Notes under the pieces: model-generated | Seen by the model: the letters and a program-made list of their open reading frames with translations, nothing else | Told to the model about the DNA's origin: nothing | Database searches by the model: none | In this document: one piece after another, positions 1-13,349 of the stretch | Layout of the letters: each line of letters starts with the position of its first letter | Numbering within the stretch: position 1 is the first letter of the stretch | NCBI GenBank assembly: GCA_026770705.1 | Contig: JANJGN010000034.1 | Span: forward strand, 4,464,001-4,528,000 | Length of the DNA stretch: 64,000 bases | Direction of reading: 5' to 3' | Source of the DNA: Isurus oxyrinchus | Taxonomy: Eukaryota | Program-made: the position numbers and the translations under genes

Positions 1-494
1 AGGTCTATAGTTGTCGCTCATTCCAAATAGCTACTTGGAAGAGAACTGAAAACCTGGTGCAGTGTGTGAAAGAAAATCTAACCGCATTGCACCATATTAG
101 CGTTTTTTTTCGAGGCGACACACTCTGTTCGAACACAACGTAGGAATGGGATAAGAAAAGGCAAATTATTCTATCAAACTTTCAATAAGATCATGAATGA
201 GTTCTACTCAGCTACTTGTATCGCTTTAGTTAAGTCAGACTTAAAAACTGGCCATCCATAAAAGAATGATAACATCACTGTCACGACTTTAAATTACTGT
301 ACAGGGTTCAAGGTTCTGCGCGCTCTGTGACGGACTCTTCCATGGGCCACGTAGACCTACTGAGAAGACTTTCGTTTTTCTCCCTCATATCAACTCAAAA
401 CGCTTTCGACACAAGCAATTTAATGTTCATCATCCCGACTCGGCCATCAGTGGATTTGTTTTAAGCCTAAGTAAGTGATCAAGCTCTCTTTCAC

Positions 495-851
495 ATTTTT
501 TTGATTCATTCATGGGATGTTGGATTAGCTGGCTCAGCCAGCATTAACTTCCCTTGTTCAGGGGGTAGCTAAGAATAAACAAATTTGCTGTGAGCCTGGA
601 GTCAAATGTGGACCAAATCAGTTCAAACCAGGCAAGGCCAAATCATCAGTGACATTAGTGAATCAAGTGGATTTCCTCCCTGAAAATCGGCATTGGTTTT
701 GTGATTATCATCAGGCATGTAATTCCAGACTTTTTTTGAATTCACATTTCACCATCTGCCACAGTGAAATGCGAACCCACGTGTGCAGAGCATTACCCTG
801 AGTCTCTATAGGACTTGCTCAGTAAAAATACCATTCCATCGCCGCCTCCCT
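495..851 (-). mobile_element. tRNA-derived SINE, elasmobranch HE1-like
   Basis: Minus strand begins gggaggcggcgatggaatggtattt...ggttcgcatttc (tRNA-like A/B-box head). It ends in a tail (attcattcatgggatg...gctggctcagccagcatt on +) that resembles the LINE tails at ~8010, ~14190 and ~31190. Family name from recognition, not a search. Confidence 0.75.
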
Positions 852-1176
852 CAAATTTTAATCGGATCATTCATTTTCGTCCTGAATTCAAATGATTTAA
901 TTTATCATCTTGGAAACATTATCCCCACTGTACCATTTTAAACAAAGCTATCGTTGCAGTGAGTCTTCATTTCCTGTTTTTCAAGACGGCTATATCCTTA
1001 ATTAACAGTGGCGCCCTTCAGTGAAAATAAAATTCAAAACAGGGTTCAACAGTTAATATATCTAACTACAAAATTTATGTGAGAGAGCTCAACTAAACAC
1101 CATGTGCTTTACAAGTCCAAATCTTAATGACAATGTGTGTTGTTTTTTTTTTTCTATTTTGAATGCAATGATACAG

Positions 1177-1203
1177 AACGAAATGATGCTGCAAGAGAAG
1201 AGG
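1177..1203 (+). CDS. 27-nt phase-1 micro-exon, type D (ERNDAAREE), of coiled-coil repeat gene
   Basis: atacag|aacgaaatgatgctgcaagagaagagg|gtaatc. The intronic 'ggttcaac' motif ~130 nt upstream is shared with the D copies at 7221, 16289 and 20469. Confidence 0.7.
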
Positions 1204-3515
1204 GTAATCGGAGGAGCAATTTTATGTTTATAAGGGCAATATAAATTTATTTTGCTGTACTTTTTTCGGAAAGCTATGAACCAGAAATTCCTTCTAGTGG
1301 AGGCTAATTGGTAGAATGGTTTGTTGTTTTTGCAGCTTTGATTCAGAAGTAAGAGCAACCACTCCTGAGGCAGATGTCCTTCGTTAAAATTGATACCATC
1401 AACTTCGGTTTATAATCCAACATGATAATCCAGTGAAATGTATGATTCGTTTCTGTACCATCTGAAAGAATATTTCTTACAGAATGCCTCTCTTTTTCTT
1501 TCAATTAGAGCGGGAAAACTTTAAAATATAAATAATAATATGTCTTTTGACGCAATATACGACGTACATGTACATGGTTTCCTTCCATGCCTTAATATAA
1601 AACTGCCTGAGGAAAGTAGGCATTTTGGCGCAAATTGATGAATCCCAGTTGTGACTGAATAACACATTCATGAAAAAAGTTGAAAAGGTCTAAGAACAAA
1701 TAGCAATTCTCGGAAATTGGAATAAAACCGACTTCACTTCAAACTGAACCTTAGCATGACTTGGTAGTTCTCCGCGGTGGGATGAAAACAGAATGGTGGG
1801 CGGTGGAACGGCAATTTCCTTTCCCACTTCGCCTCCCCGATCCAACTGCATCCTATTCTAAAACAGGACATTTAAGTCCTAGAATGTGGTAGCAAACCAT
1901 TCGGAAGACCTAAGTGTCCATTGTTATTCCTGCCAACTCCAGTCAGTGCACCTGTGTGCAGAAAATCACCCTCAGAATCTGAGAGTTTGTGTGCAATTGT
2001 AAACTTTAGCATGCTTGAAAAGTAGCAATTTCAAATCATTGAGATCATTTGTAATGCACCCTTGCAATGTTTACACCTTCTCGTTCGTGCAAGTTTAATC
2101 ATTCTACGGAATTCCCAGCAGCAGCTTCAGTGTAAAATATTGAGTCGGTTGTTTATCACTGAATTATTGGCTTCTTGTTCGAAACGCATTGTCACCTGAA
2201 TCAATGTCAAATAACAATTATATGATTGAGAAATGAAAGTCAATCATATGCTCACTGATCTTAAGATGTTTGGACCGTTATATTTTTGTCGACATTTTTG
2301 TGCCAATTGCACTAATAATGCTATGTCTTGTGTATTGAAATTACAGATACATTTTGTGTTGACCAATATTTGATGAGAACGACTAACTTGACACTTTCAT
2401 GATCTTAGCATTTTCCGAGCCAGTGAAGAAAACGCATGAGCCCAGTGGCGCATTGCCACTTTAGAAAATGGTAGCATGTCACATAACCACTCAAGCACGC
2501 CTGGGGCAACAAACAGAGTTTTAAAAGGGAGATTCAGGACGACTTTAGAGCTGTTTCCTGCTTACTTTAAATTTTCAGAACGGTGGGAGGAGCTTAGGAG
2601 GGGGTCAAACTGAGAGTTTCACCCTACCCAGACCTGGAGATTTAAAAAGGAGAGACGCAAAAAAACATTTGCGGTCCCATCTCCAAACCTGACGAATCTC
2701 ATTGTCTCCTTCTACATGCGTACAAAAGTCTGCCTGTAAGACCCTGGAATCTTCATTATGACCGTCTTGTGCTCACCATCAACTCTTGTTGCCATCTCCA
2801 CAGGCTGAAACACAAACACTCACCAGGTTTTGGACTCCGAAACTTGGATTCTGGGGGCTGCATGCAATTCCCGTCTTTGTCACCCCCAATTTTCCGCTGC
2901 TGTCACTAAAGAGTTGCCTCCAACTGATTGGCCGGCAGCACTCTGAGGTGCGACTTCATCCCCAGTCATGATCACAAGTCAAAACCTCAATTAAAGAACA
3001 CATTTCAGACCTTTGTCTTTCGACGGCATGAGGTCACCACTGACTTCAGCAGGCGGGGCGCCAAATACACCCGCTGTAAAATAGTGTCTCGTGCGTTTCA
3101 ATTCGACCGAGGATTTCTAAGTAGATCACACTGCAACTGCCTCCAGCACAGGAACACGACAAAATGTTGGCTCTCCTTCAATTCTGGCAACTTTTTTTTT
3201 TCTCACCAGTTTCAATCAATTGATATCTGCCGACATATTAGGCACCTGCTTGGACACTGAATTTTGGAGACCCTTTGGTTAACTTTCCTTTTTTCTCTCT
3301 CCATACCTCCCATGCAATGCGACTAATTTAAATCCCCTTATTTGAGGGAACATTATCCACATGATCCAACGTCCCTACGAGGCAAGATGCCACATTAAGT
3401 TGGGATGGAGTCGGGTCGTAGGATTGACTTTCGTTTACTGTAAGGAGCCATATTTAGGCAAGTTATCAGTGTTTTTAATGGACGTGTTCCTTGATTTGTT
3501 TTCTCATAATTTCAG

Positions 3516-3551
3516 AGCTCAACATATGTAAAACATCATTGAAAGTTTTAG
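3516..3551 (+). CDS. 36-nt phase-1 micro-exon, type A (ELNICKTSLKVL)
   Basis: ttctcataatttcag|agctcaacatatgtaaaacatcattgaaagttttag|gtgaga. Canonical splice sites, no stop, paralogous to exons at 11151, 17966, 35214 and 48076. Confidence 0.85.
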
Positions 3552-3992
3552 GTGAGAATGTTGACTATTTTCTTTTGAAATTGTCGCATGCTTATAAGGC
3601 AAGATTTGACGTTGCATTGAGTCGCAACACAGAACGTATCATATTACCCGCCAGCTTTAAACTCGGCAGACCTATCAGTTCTTTTGATTTCAACGCATAT
3701 AAATATAAATTGCAGTGTAGAACTGGCAGACCATATGCGAGAGAGGACTCACGACGGATATTTCACAAAATGGGATCACTGAGGCCTGAATTGCTGGGTG
3801 TGGGGTCTTGGGGCGAGCGGGAAGAGCTCCGAATTTTGTGTTAATTGGCGTGGAGGAAGATGGCGTTGTAGTTGGGGGGGGGGGGGGAGGGGGCGCAAAA
3901 GCAAGCAAAATAATAATTGCTCCTTTGGATGGCGTTTTGCAGGGCTCAGCTTTGCTGTTGAATTTCATCTGCATTAATATGCTGCATTACAG

Positions 3993-4019
3993 AAAAAAAG
4001 CTGAAAGACAAAGATGACG
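3993..4019 (+). CDS. 27-nt phase-1 micro-exon, type B (EKKLKDKDD)
   Basis: ttacag|aaaaaaagctgaaagacaaagatgacg|gtatct. Lies 441 nt after exon A, similar to the spacing in the other cassettes. Confidence 0.8.
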
Positions 4020-6147
4020 GTATCTGGTTTTGAAATTCAAGTGCTACGGATTCAATATGTCAGGAGTTAGCATCAAAATCCTGGAAGGCCGAGGTCAAAC
4101 GAACCAGTGTGCTCAAGGCAATAATTTTAATAACGCTCCAATCAAACTGATGCAGAAAACAATATTACAAGGCAAATCTGCACACAAACAGAACGGCCCT
4201 CAGCTGATTATAACTATTTGTTGTTGATCGCACTGATGATGTTTATAAATTTACTCAAAAAAAAATAGACACAGACATCATATTTGCAAAATTTTTCATC
4301 TGATGCCCCCTGGGCCAGCAAAACCTTTTCTCATCCCTCTGGTGATTCCCAATTGATAACTTCTTGAGGCAAATGATTCTTCTGAAAAAAAAAGTCTTAT
4401 TCATCTTTAGCACCAACAACACATCACTGTGCTCCACTTTCTACTTGCGAAAGATGGGCCAGTTTCTTTGTGTCTGGAATGGAAAAAACAATTTCATGGA
4501 ATGAAACTCCTCACTTACTACATAATTGATTTCAATTTTTTGAATGTTTGTGGTTGAATGGAATGCACTGAAAGAATAAATTATCGCAGTAAAGAGGCAC
4601 AGATAATTATGTTTCTGAAACGTTATCAGGGCAAACATATACAATCTTCTGGACTACAGATGCGTAACAAAACACACGTTAATATCGGTGCACACAAGTT
4701 GTTGCAACACAATTACATGAAGAGGAATATTATTGAAATTATTTCAGATGCTTTATCTGGACTATCCTTCCACATTGCAGAATTGGAGCAAGCCGAGTAT
4801 ACCTCAAATTTTTCACCTTAGCACTGGACGATTAGGATTGTGATGGAATTCCATTTCAGGAAAATTAATATTGAGGAATCTCAGATTATCAGTTGATTAT
4901 ATGACGATGTTAATCTCACACTGTGTAACATAGCCCATGCAAGTAGTCTGCGAGCAACATTGATTGAGCTGTTGTGAAATTTAGGGAAAATTCAATAATT
5001 CTCACTGATCATTGCTGAAACAATAGAAACAGATAAGGGCCGGTTACCACTTAAAACAGCCATCATAAGTGCAAATCATATGTTCAGGTTAATGGAGCAG
5101 AGGGCGTGCGGTAGAGATAGATGACAGATCATCTTCGAAAGGCACCTTTACCAATGATAAATGTTAGCCATCCCTGCATCATGAACAGTGGAGAAGACAA
5201 CGCCTCATGATTAGGTCAGAAGGAATAATAGCAGGATTAGGCCATTCAAACCAGGGATCTGTTTCCGATCTTCAACAAAATACTGGATGATCTGTTTAAA
5301 AGCATGGCATCACTTTCCTTCACTTCCACGTTATTTTTTGAAAGCATGGCATATTAAAGAGTGGGTATGAAGAGGCTTTGAACTTATTAAATAACAGCAT
5401 CTTTGCGCTTTTTGCAGGATATTTCCATCGACCTCTGAACATCTGGGGGATGACATACATCCTAATATCAGCATTACTTGTGAAAATAATTATCCATCTT
5501 ACTTGATAAACATCTCCCATGACCTCAGTTGGGGGGTCGACCTCTTAGAATCGTATGAAATATAATAAAGTCGCATTGCTGGAAAGAATGTGGTTTGTTA
5601 GGGATGAAACCTTAGAAATTTGTATATTTAAGTAGAGTCAAGTAAACAGGAATAATTATTTCTTTCATCAATAATAGATCATGTACAATATCTATTCTGT
5701 GGGGTTCTTCTGTTGAACTATCCAATTCAATGAAATATAGTAGCAAAGAACATAAGATATTCCTAGCGCTGTATATAAATATTATATGCCCTGAATGAAA
5801 ATGAGTGGAAAACATCGATATATTGTTAAAGCACCGTGGTTCTATTCAGGAAGATGGCGGTTTCCAAACAGGGCTCTTCGCTTCCAGCATTGCAACACTG
5901 ACGATTCCTGTAACTTTACTATTAGAGTGGAAAGAGCTTCTGGAGTCTGCGGGGAGAGAACATTGACACAGAAATGAAAGTGTTGGTTGAATTCTTTTCC
6001 ACACTTTTCAGTAGTGCGACAGAAGTGTGGGAAGTGATCTTCTAAATTGAAAGAGAGACGTTTTCTATGTTAAATGTGGAAAGCGTGAAGTAATTATTGA
6101 GAACTGAATTGGGATGAAGGTGCTGATTTTGATACTCTGTGACGCAG

Positions 6148-6183
6148 AACTCAAGGCGTGCAAGCAAGCTTTGAATGATCTGG
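6148..6183 (+). CDS. 36-nt phase-1 micro-exon, type C (ELKACKQALNDL)
   Basis: gacgcag|aactcaaggcgtgcaagcaagctttgaatgatctgg|gtaagt. Consensus donor; paralogous to 15207, 43536 and 51232. Confidence 0.85.
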
Positions 6184-7220
6184 GTAAGTTAGAAATGTCC
6201 AAGGATTTATTTGGCATACTCAATTGTTCTATAAGTGGATTACAGCTAAAGACTTGTTTCAAAGGTCAGGTATATTCAGACAAGAGTTACAGCACAGTTT
6301 CCTTAACATTTTGTTGCATGTATAGCCTCGAACACCCTATATGTACTTAGCATTAAATTATGTGTTCGCATGAGCTATTTTTAATATTCCATGGGCTGTG
6401 CGCTTCCCTGGCAAGATCAACTTTATTTTCCTCCTCACCCCAAAGCTGTCTTGGGAAAAAAAAATGTAACCTGTCAAAGTGTATGATAAAAAGGGCAAAC
6501 ATAAGTCGCCTAAGTAACTGGTGTCCTCGTCTAACCACGTGAAATAAGCACATGTGGTAATATGCAAACAGCAGAAAATGTAACTCTTCCAACTTTCACT
6601 GAAATTGTGGATGAACAAGGCTCAACTACACCTAATGGCTTGGTTAAATCAAACTTATCAAGTCATGGAACAAAAGGATTGGCAAAAAAAAATCGCTGCC
6701 TCGGTTTTGAAATAGTCCACTCATGCCGGGGATTAACAGAAGCTGTGAAGAACTATTCATGTTCCCGATACAACTACTGAGATATATTGCATTTTCTATC
6801 CAGAGTAAGCACTAAACACGTTCTGTACAACTAATTTGACTGAGCTCTTTCAGTGTCGAACACGAGTGGAAATATTTTATCTCTACAAAAAATATTTATT
6901 TGTCTTGATCACGCGAATTGTAACATCAGTTAACGTTCTCAATTCAAACGTGCTCATACTTCGTTTTGCTGGCGTTATTCACGTTGCATAATGTGAAGCT
7001 AAGTTTACTGAATCTGCATTTCCTCACTTCCAAGACATTTAAATACTTGATCAGCTGCTTTGCTCATAACAGACTGGAGAACACTATTTGCGGTTCAACC
7101 TATGCTTTGCCTAGCAAAAGGCTTCATTTGCAATATGTCAAGTTAAGCAAAGTGACTTACCCGTCCTAGGTCTTAACAATAATGCCTGTCACTTAATGAA
7201 CTTATCATGCTATTATGCAG

Positions 7221-7247
7221 AAGGAAGCAAGGGAGACAAACGGAATG
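7221..7247 (+). CDS. 27-nt phase-1 micro-exon, type D (EGSKGDKRN)
   Basis: tattatgcag|aaggaagcaagggagacaaacggaatg|gtaagt. Lies 1037 nt after exon C. Confidence 0.75.
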
Positions 7248-8004
7248 GTAAGTGAATGTGACATTATTTGTTTCCAACGACAATGGAGGTCTAGTATGCA
7301 CCATTTTACGCGAACATCTATACACGAGAAATCCCTGTTGTGCAAGGGTGTTAGTTAAAAGACTCCGCATATCTTTCTGCTTTTGCACGTATAATTCAGT
7401 TGCATGGACACGAACACCAGAGTCAGATGTTCTAACTTATGCATGAGCATCACAACGATTTGACATAAACAGTGATAACCCCATGCTCTACTGAGGCCCT
7501 GATGCCTTTCTGCTTTCTGCAACTGACGTATTATTTGCCGAATGTCTGTCATTTAAGTTTCAAATTGGGTGGATATCTTTCAAAATAAAAAAAATATTAA
7601 TTCCTTAGTTCTGATAATCCATGACCGGTTGTCTACTTAGCTTACTTTGGGTAATGTAAATCTTCACAAGGAAAGTTAGCCTTTCGATGACATTCAAAGT
7701 ATCCAGCGCTTGCTCGGCCCCAAAGGCCCACTTAACAATAAAAAATGACAAGCCTTGAACAATGATTTTACACAGCTCTCAAAGCGGCAAAAAAAGACTA
7801 GTGGGCCATGGACATGCGTTTACAGTGCCCTGTCGGCCAGTTTGAAGGGTGGAAAGTGGGGGAAACGTAAAGATTCGGAAATGCCCTTCTGAGCAACACC
7901 CTCCCTGCCCGACAGCACTCCAGTAATACTGTGCCGTGTACAGTTCCAAGACATCATACCAGCGATTGCTACTATTGACATAAATATTTACTATGCAATG
8001 TATT

Positions 8005-10480
8005 TATCAACGCTGGGGTTGAAGGGTCGGTTGATTGGCTGACTTTTTTTTCCCATCCCTAATTGAATTTGCGAAGTTGGTGGTGAGCTAAATACTTCAA
8101 CAGTCCACGTGGTACAGGCAAGAACAGTGTTCTTAGGGAGGTAGCTCCGTGATTTCGAAAGAGCAAAGAATTAGAAGCGATATATTTCCCGGTCAGGATG
8201 GTGAGTGGCTTAGTGGGGAATTTCTTGCTGATGCTATTCCTATCTGTTTGCTGGCCATGTCTTTTGAGATGCTAGTGACTGTAGATTGGAAGGTGCTGTC
8301 CAAGGAGAATTGATACTACTCTGCACTGCATCTTCTCGGTGGCATATTCTGCTGTTACTTTGCACCTGTGGTGGACGGAGTGAATATTAGCAGATGATGT
8401 GCCAGTCAAGCGAATTGCTTTGTCCTGGGTGGCTTCAAGCTTTTTGAGTGTTGTTGGAGCAGCACTCATCAAGGCATGTGGAGAGTACATCATCAAACTT
8501 CTGACTTTTAGCATATAGAATGTGGACAGATTTTGGCTAGACATAATGTGACTTACACCGCAAGGGAGCCTAGCTTCTGACCAGCTGCTGTAGCCACATT
8601 ATTTATACGGTTAATGCAGTTCAGTATCTGGACAATGGTAAGACCCAGGTTGTTCACATTGGGCGTTAAGCAATGGCTAAGCCATTAAACGCCAAAGGGA
8701 TGTAATTAATTTCTATCTTGATGAACATAGTCATTTCCAGGCAATTGTGTGGTGCAAATGTTCATCGTTGTTCGTCAAACCAAGCTCGTATAGTGCGAAT
8801 GTTTGCTGCTTTCGGACCTGGACTGTTTCAGCATCTGAGGAGTCGCAAATGGTGCAGAGCATTGTACAATTATTAGTGCACTTCCCCAGTCCTGACTTTA
8901 TGATGGATAGAAAGTAATTCCTGTAGAAGCTGAAGATTGTTGGGCAGAGGACACAGCACTGAAACTCCTGCAGTAATATACTGGGATTCAGTCGAATGAC
9001 TTCCAAGAACCACAACCAACATCATTTTTGCCAGGCATCACTCCAAATAGTCGGGCATTCCGCCACGCCCTCCGCCCCATGCCCCGGGCGTCCCATCCCA
9101 CCAACAAACCCCTCCCCGCCCCGATTCCTGTTGCCAGCATCTTTTCTGGGACACCTTTAGGCACATTGTGTCAAATGCTGCCTTGATGCCTAGGGCAGTC
9201 ACTCTTACCTCACCGCTGCGGTTTAGCTATGTTATCCATGTTTTAAATAAAGACTGTAGAGATGTTAGGAGATGAGTGACACTGTTGCCACACAAAGTGT
9301 GCATCAGTGAGCATGTTTCTGCTTATCAAGGACCCTTGATAGCACTGCTGATGATATCTTCCATCATTTTACCGATTTTTAGAAGTATACAGATTGTGCA
9401 GTAATTGGCCAGCTTGCACTTCTATGGTTTTTCATGCAGTGAAAAGACCAAAGTGACTTTCCACATTCCGGCTTAATGCCTGCCTTGTAGCTGTAGTGGA
9501 GCAGCTAAGTTAGTGGCAAGCAAGTTCCAAATTACAAGTCTTCACTCCGATTGCCGGATTGTTATCAGTACCCATTGTCTTTACAGTTTTCATTGTCTAC
9601 AGCCGTTTCTTGACATCACTTGAAGTGAATTGATCTGGCTCATCGCTACCATTTCTGCTACTGTGGGCCTCTGGAGGAGGCCAAAATGGATCACGCATTC
9701 TGCACTTCAGGCTGAAGATTTTGCCGACTGTTTCAGCCTTATCGTGTACACTGATGTGATGGTTTCTACCATCATGGGGCATGGGGATATCTGTGGAGCC
9801 GCAACATACCGTGTGTTTATGTCACTGTCGACCAGCATTCACAACCTAATATGGCAAGTTTGCTGAGCATTGATGTGATTGGTTGTTTGTGGAATCACTT
9901 AGCTCTTCCATTAACATGCTGCTCATGCAATTTGGTATGCAAGCAGTCCTGAGTTCTCGCTTTACCAAGTTGATACTTTTCTATTTTTTTTTTTGCCTTT
10001 TGATGCTCTTGTTATGCCGCGCTAGATTTCTCATTGAACCCAATTGGAACAATCACATTTTGGTAATGGTACTGTGGAATGACTGCCAGACTATGACGCA
10101 ACAGCTTACGATTATCTAAAATTCTGCTACTGCTGGTGGCCAACAGCTCCTTGTTCATTCACTAATCAACAGCAACTGAGCCAGCCTAGCAGCCAAACCT
10201 GTTCCAGCTCTCAGTCAGATCAGTAGGCGCTGGTGCGGCTGAGCCACTCTTGGTGGTGGATATTTTTGCACAACGCCACCCTGCCCCAAACAAGCACCAC
10301 AACTACCCAGAGTATATTCTAAACACCACTGCCCTCAGGGCTTCATCCAAATGGTGTTAAAGATGTTGGAATGATGATTAATCAACTGAAGACGGGGTGA
10401 GGTTGTGGTATCTAATAATCAGCCGGTGTTTACTTGCTCAACGTGTCATTAAGGATTTCTTAAGGGCTTTTAACTGTCTA
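8005..10480 (-). mobile_element. Decayed HER1-like LINE (RT region and 3' tail)
   Basis: Tail cccatccctaattgaa...ggtggtgagc at ~8050. Minus-strand ORF fragments KKLEATQDKAIRLTGT...IHSVHHRC and QCCVLCPTIFSFYRN resemble RT motifs (PQGSVLGPTIF). Many frameshifts. Confidence 0.75.
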
Positions 10481-11150
10481 GCTTCAATTTGCAGGATGCC
10501 GGGAAGAGTTTAGTGGTGGGAGGAAATCAAAAGCCTGTCCCTCCACAGGCCCGGTGGGTTAAAAGGCTGAAAATGTCTAATATTCTGCACCTCATTACCA
10601 CAATCGACATTGGATATGCCAAGCATCCTGAATGCCCTCACCAACCGCAACACCTCCCACAAACTGTAATCCACTATATGTGAATGTTCAGCCACTCAGA
10701 TACTGGACAGTCCTCTGTCCACCATTCATCCAGCTGCCAACCTCTGTGGTCTGAGTCGCACGAACTTACCTCATCCTGAGTTCTGAAACTTTACTTCTGG
10801 GGACTGTTTTCATTCCAATCATTGCCACCGCAGTTTTGCCATGGTTGTGACTGCAGATTTGCCACCAAAGTGAATGGTCCTGTGTTGACTGAGGCAGGAT
10901 TTCATACCGATAAAGGGTAGAAAGTTAAATCCCCAACAAATGATGCCCCTTGGAGACTGGAATGGCTCGAGGCAGCAAACATCAGCGAACCAGTTTGCCC
11001 GTGGATCATCACAATTCTTTTGTTCAAGTACTTTAGTTTCATTGAATGCAGTTTTCTGAAACATGTCTTCTGTTTAAGGCACCATGTATAGGCAACTTAA
11101 TATCTTTTGAAATGGCACTGATTAACGTTTTCTTACCTCCTTCATAGTAG

Positions 11151-11192
11151 CTTTCGAGCTCAACATATGTAAAGAAGCATTGAATAATTTAG
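11151..11192 (+). CDS. Type A micro-exon with shifted acceptor, 42 nt (AFELNICKEALNNL)
   Basis: The homologous acceptor tttcag|ag reads tttcgag here. An in-frame AG lies 6 nt upstream (catagtag|ctttcgagctcaacatatgt...ttag|gtgagg). Confidence 0.6.
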
Positions 11193-11645
11193 GTGAGGAA
11201 ATTGAGTTTTCCTTTGGAAGCTCTCCACAAATACAGAGTAAGACTGTTAGAAGTTATGGAAGCGCAGCGACAGCGATATCATATTGTGCATCAGTTACAA
11301 AATTCTCCCGATTTTCCATTCAACGAACTCGGATCTCTTTAAATATAAAGCAGTACATGGAAATGGCATACCGTACAACACATTCCTGCCTGCACCTTTG
11401 CCCTGGAATGTGTGCGTGTGCTTGTGGGTGTCTGCATTGGGTTGAGTAGTGGGGCACGGAATGTTTAATGTATTCATCTTTTATGTCGAAAATGTTCACA
11501 TCCCTATGACCTATATTGCAGGATACAAATGCTCAACATAATACAGCTGGTCTGTAGGATAGCATTTTTGGCGTTGAAGTTCGCTGTTGAATTTTATGGA
11601 AAATATTTTCATTGCAGAATAATACTTTACTTTTTTTATTTTCAG

Positions 11646-11672
11646 AAACAAAACTGAAAGCAAAAGATGACG
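11646..11672 (+). CDS. 27-nt phase-1 micro-exon, type B (ETKLKAKDD)
   Basis: ttttttattttcag|aaacaaaactgaaagcaaaagatgacg|gtactg; strong polypyrimidine tract. Confidence 0.85.
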
Positions 11673-13349
11673 GTACTGTCTTTCGCAATCAATAGTTAAA
11701 ACTGGATGAAGGATAGGCGTGGAAATTTGCCAGGATCATTTTTAGCAAGCATTTTATGTGCAATCTGTATATTAATCTTAAAAGAACACAGAGGGTAGGG
11801 GGAAGTTAAATGGCGAGTCATCTGTAACAGATCTCCATTTTGCCAATTATATATATTTTTTTAAAAAATAGCCGTATTTGCCAAATGAGCAATATAATAA
11901 AGACTTTGCTAGATCCTTAAATCATATGTAATAAGTTCAGGAGTGCGCCATTCAGCTCCAACGTTCAATAACACTATCCGTGTCCTATTTATTTGTTTAA
12001 CTCAATTTTTCTGCCATTGCCCCATAGCCCGTAATTCTTGGCACATCACACAATTTTTATTTACAGGCCTAGAGTTCACTATATAACACAGATTCCACAA
12101 ACATTTGTAGAATATGTCGACTGACGTGCACTTAATAAAAAATAAATACATAAATAGTTAAATGAGTAAATTTATACTAAGCTCTGTATTACTTCTGACA
12201 AATAAATCATTATGGATTCAAACACGATCTGTCTTGACATATGTGGACGGTGTGTGAAGTTCAGAAAACCAATGCCAATATATTCACGTTCTTGAAGAGA
12301 AAGTTGTGCATCAGGATTGAACGTTGAGAAAAATACAGTAATGAATTACTATACAGTTGGTAAGCAAGGAAAACTTGGATAATGAGGGGATGATCGCCAA
12401 ACAATTAAAGATAAGTTAGAGTTTCTGCAGATGTTAAATGCAAAAATGACTGAGATCAGACAATCAACGTTGGTACAGCAGGAATTATGCATGGGGAATT
12501 AATAATGAACTACAATGAAAAATTTGTATGAAATAAACAAGACTGGTGCATCAATTTGCACTATGTATGATAAAAGTAAAATTCCATAAATCGCTGTTAA
12601 TCAATCTAATCAAGGAATGGAGGAGCTGAACAAAATTTGAATTGCCAAGGAACTGGGGGCGCAAGATTTCATTATTTCTACAAATTTCATGTATGAATAG
12701 ACAAAATATATTTTTGATAAATTTACTCAAAATATAAAGGTATATATGAAAGTAAGATGCCATAGTGTCATAAGGGTGCTGCGAACAACTTGCTCCAAAA
12801 ATTGGGATATATCGATTTCGGATTATTATTGTGATCCCTTCTTCGTCTGGTCAGAATGGGAAGTGGTCGAGCATGCAGTTAATGTATTAGTTGAGCTCAC
12901 AACGATCAAATTGTGTTCCCAATCTTTTGGGGACAAAATTACATTTTGAGAGCCTCTCACTGGCGGTACATTGTAAGATTGTGTTAAACACAGTGAAACA
13001 CTTTATTTGGCAGGGTTCATAAGATGCATGTTTCGTTCAATATTCTCAGTCGAATTTCTACCTGCATGTTATGATGTTTAGGGGGAAGCTAACATTAACC
13101 CCCAATCACGGAGGGTGCAATAGAAACCGCTCAAATGCCAGTACATGCTGGGAATGGAAAAGAGCCATGACCACTTTTTTTTCTCCAGACAGCATTTGTG
13201 CAAGCCAAATTTGAGGTTAAAGGAACAGAGAGAGTGGGCGAGAAATATGTTACACATTGTCTTGGAAAAAAATATATTTGTCTCGATCAATCAGATCAGC
13301 TCCACGGTATCACTGCAAAATTACCTCAGATTGGTTTTCAAGGCCGAGC

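Noticed and set aside
12431-12472. AG/GT-bounded 42-nt segment (MLNAKMTEIRQSTL)
   Set aside because: Open only in phase 0; it has a TGA in the phase-1 frame used by all other exons and no paralogue in other cassettes.
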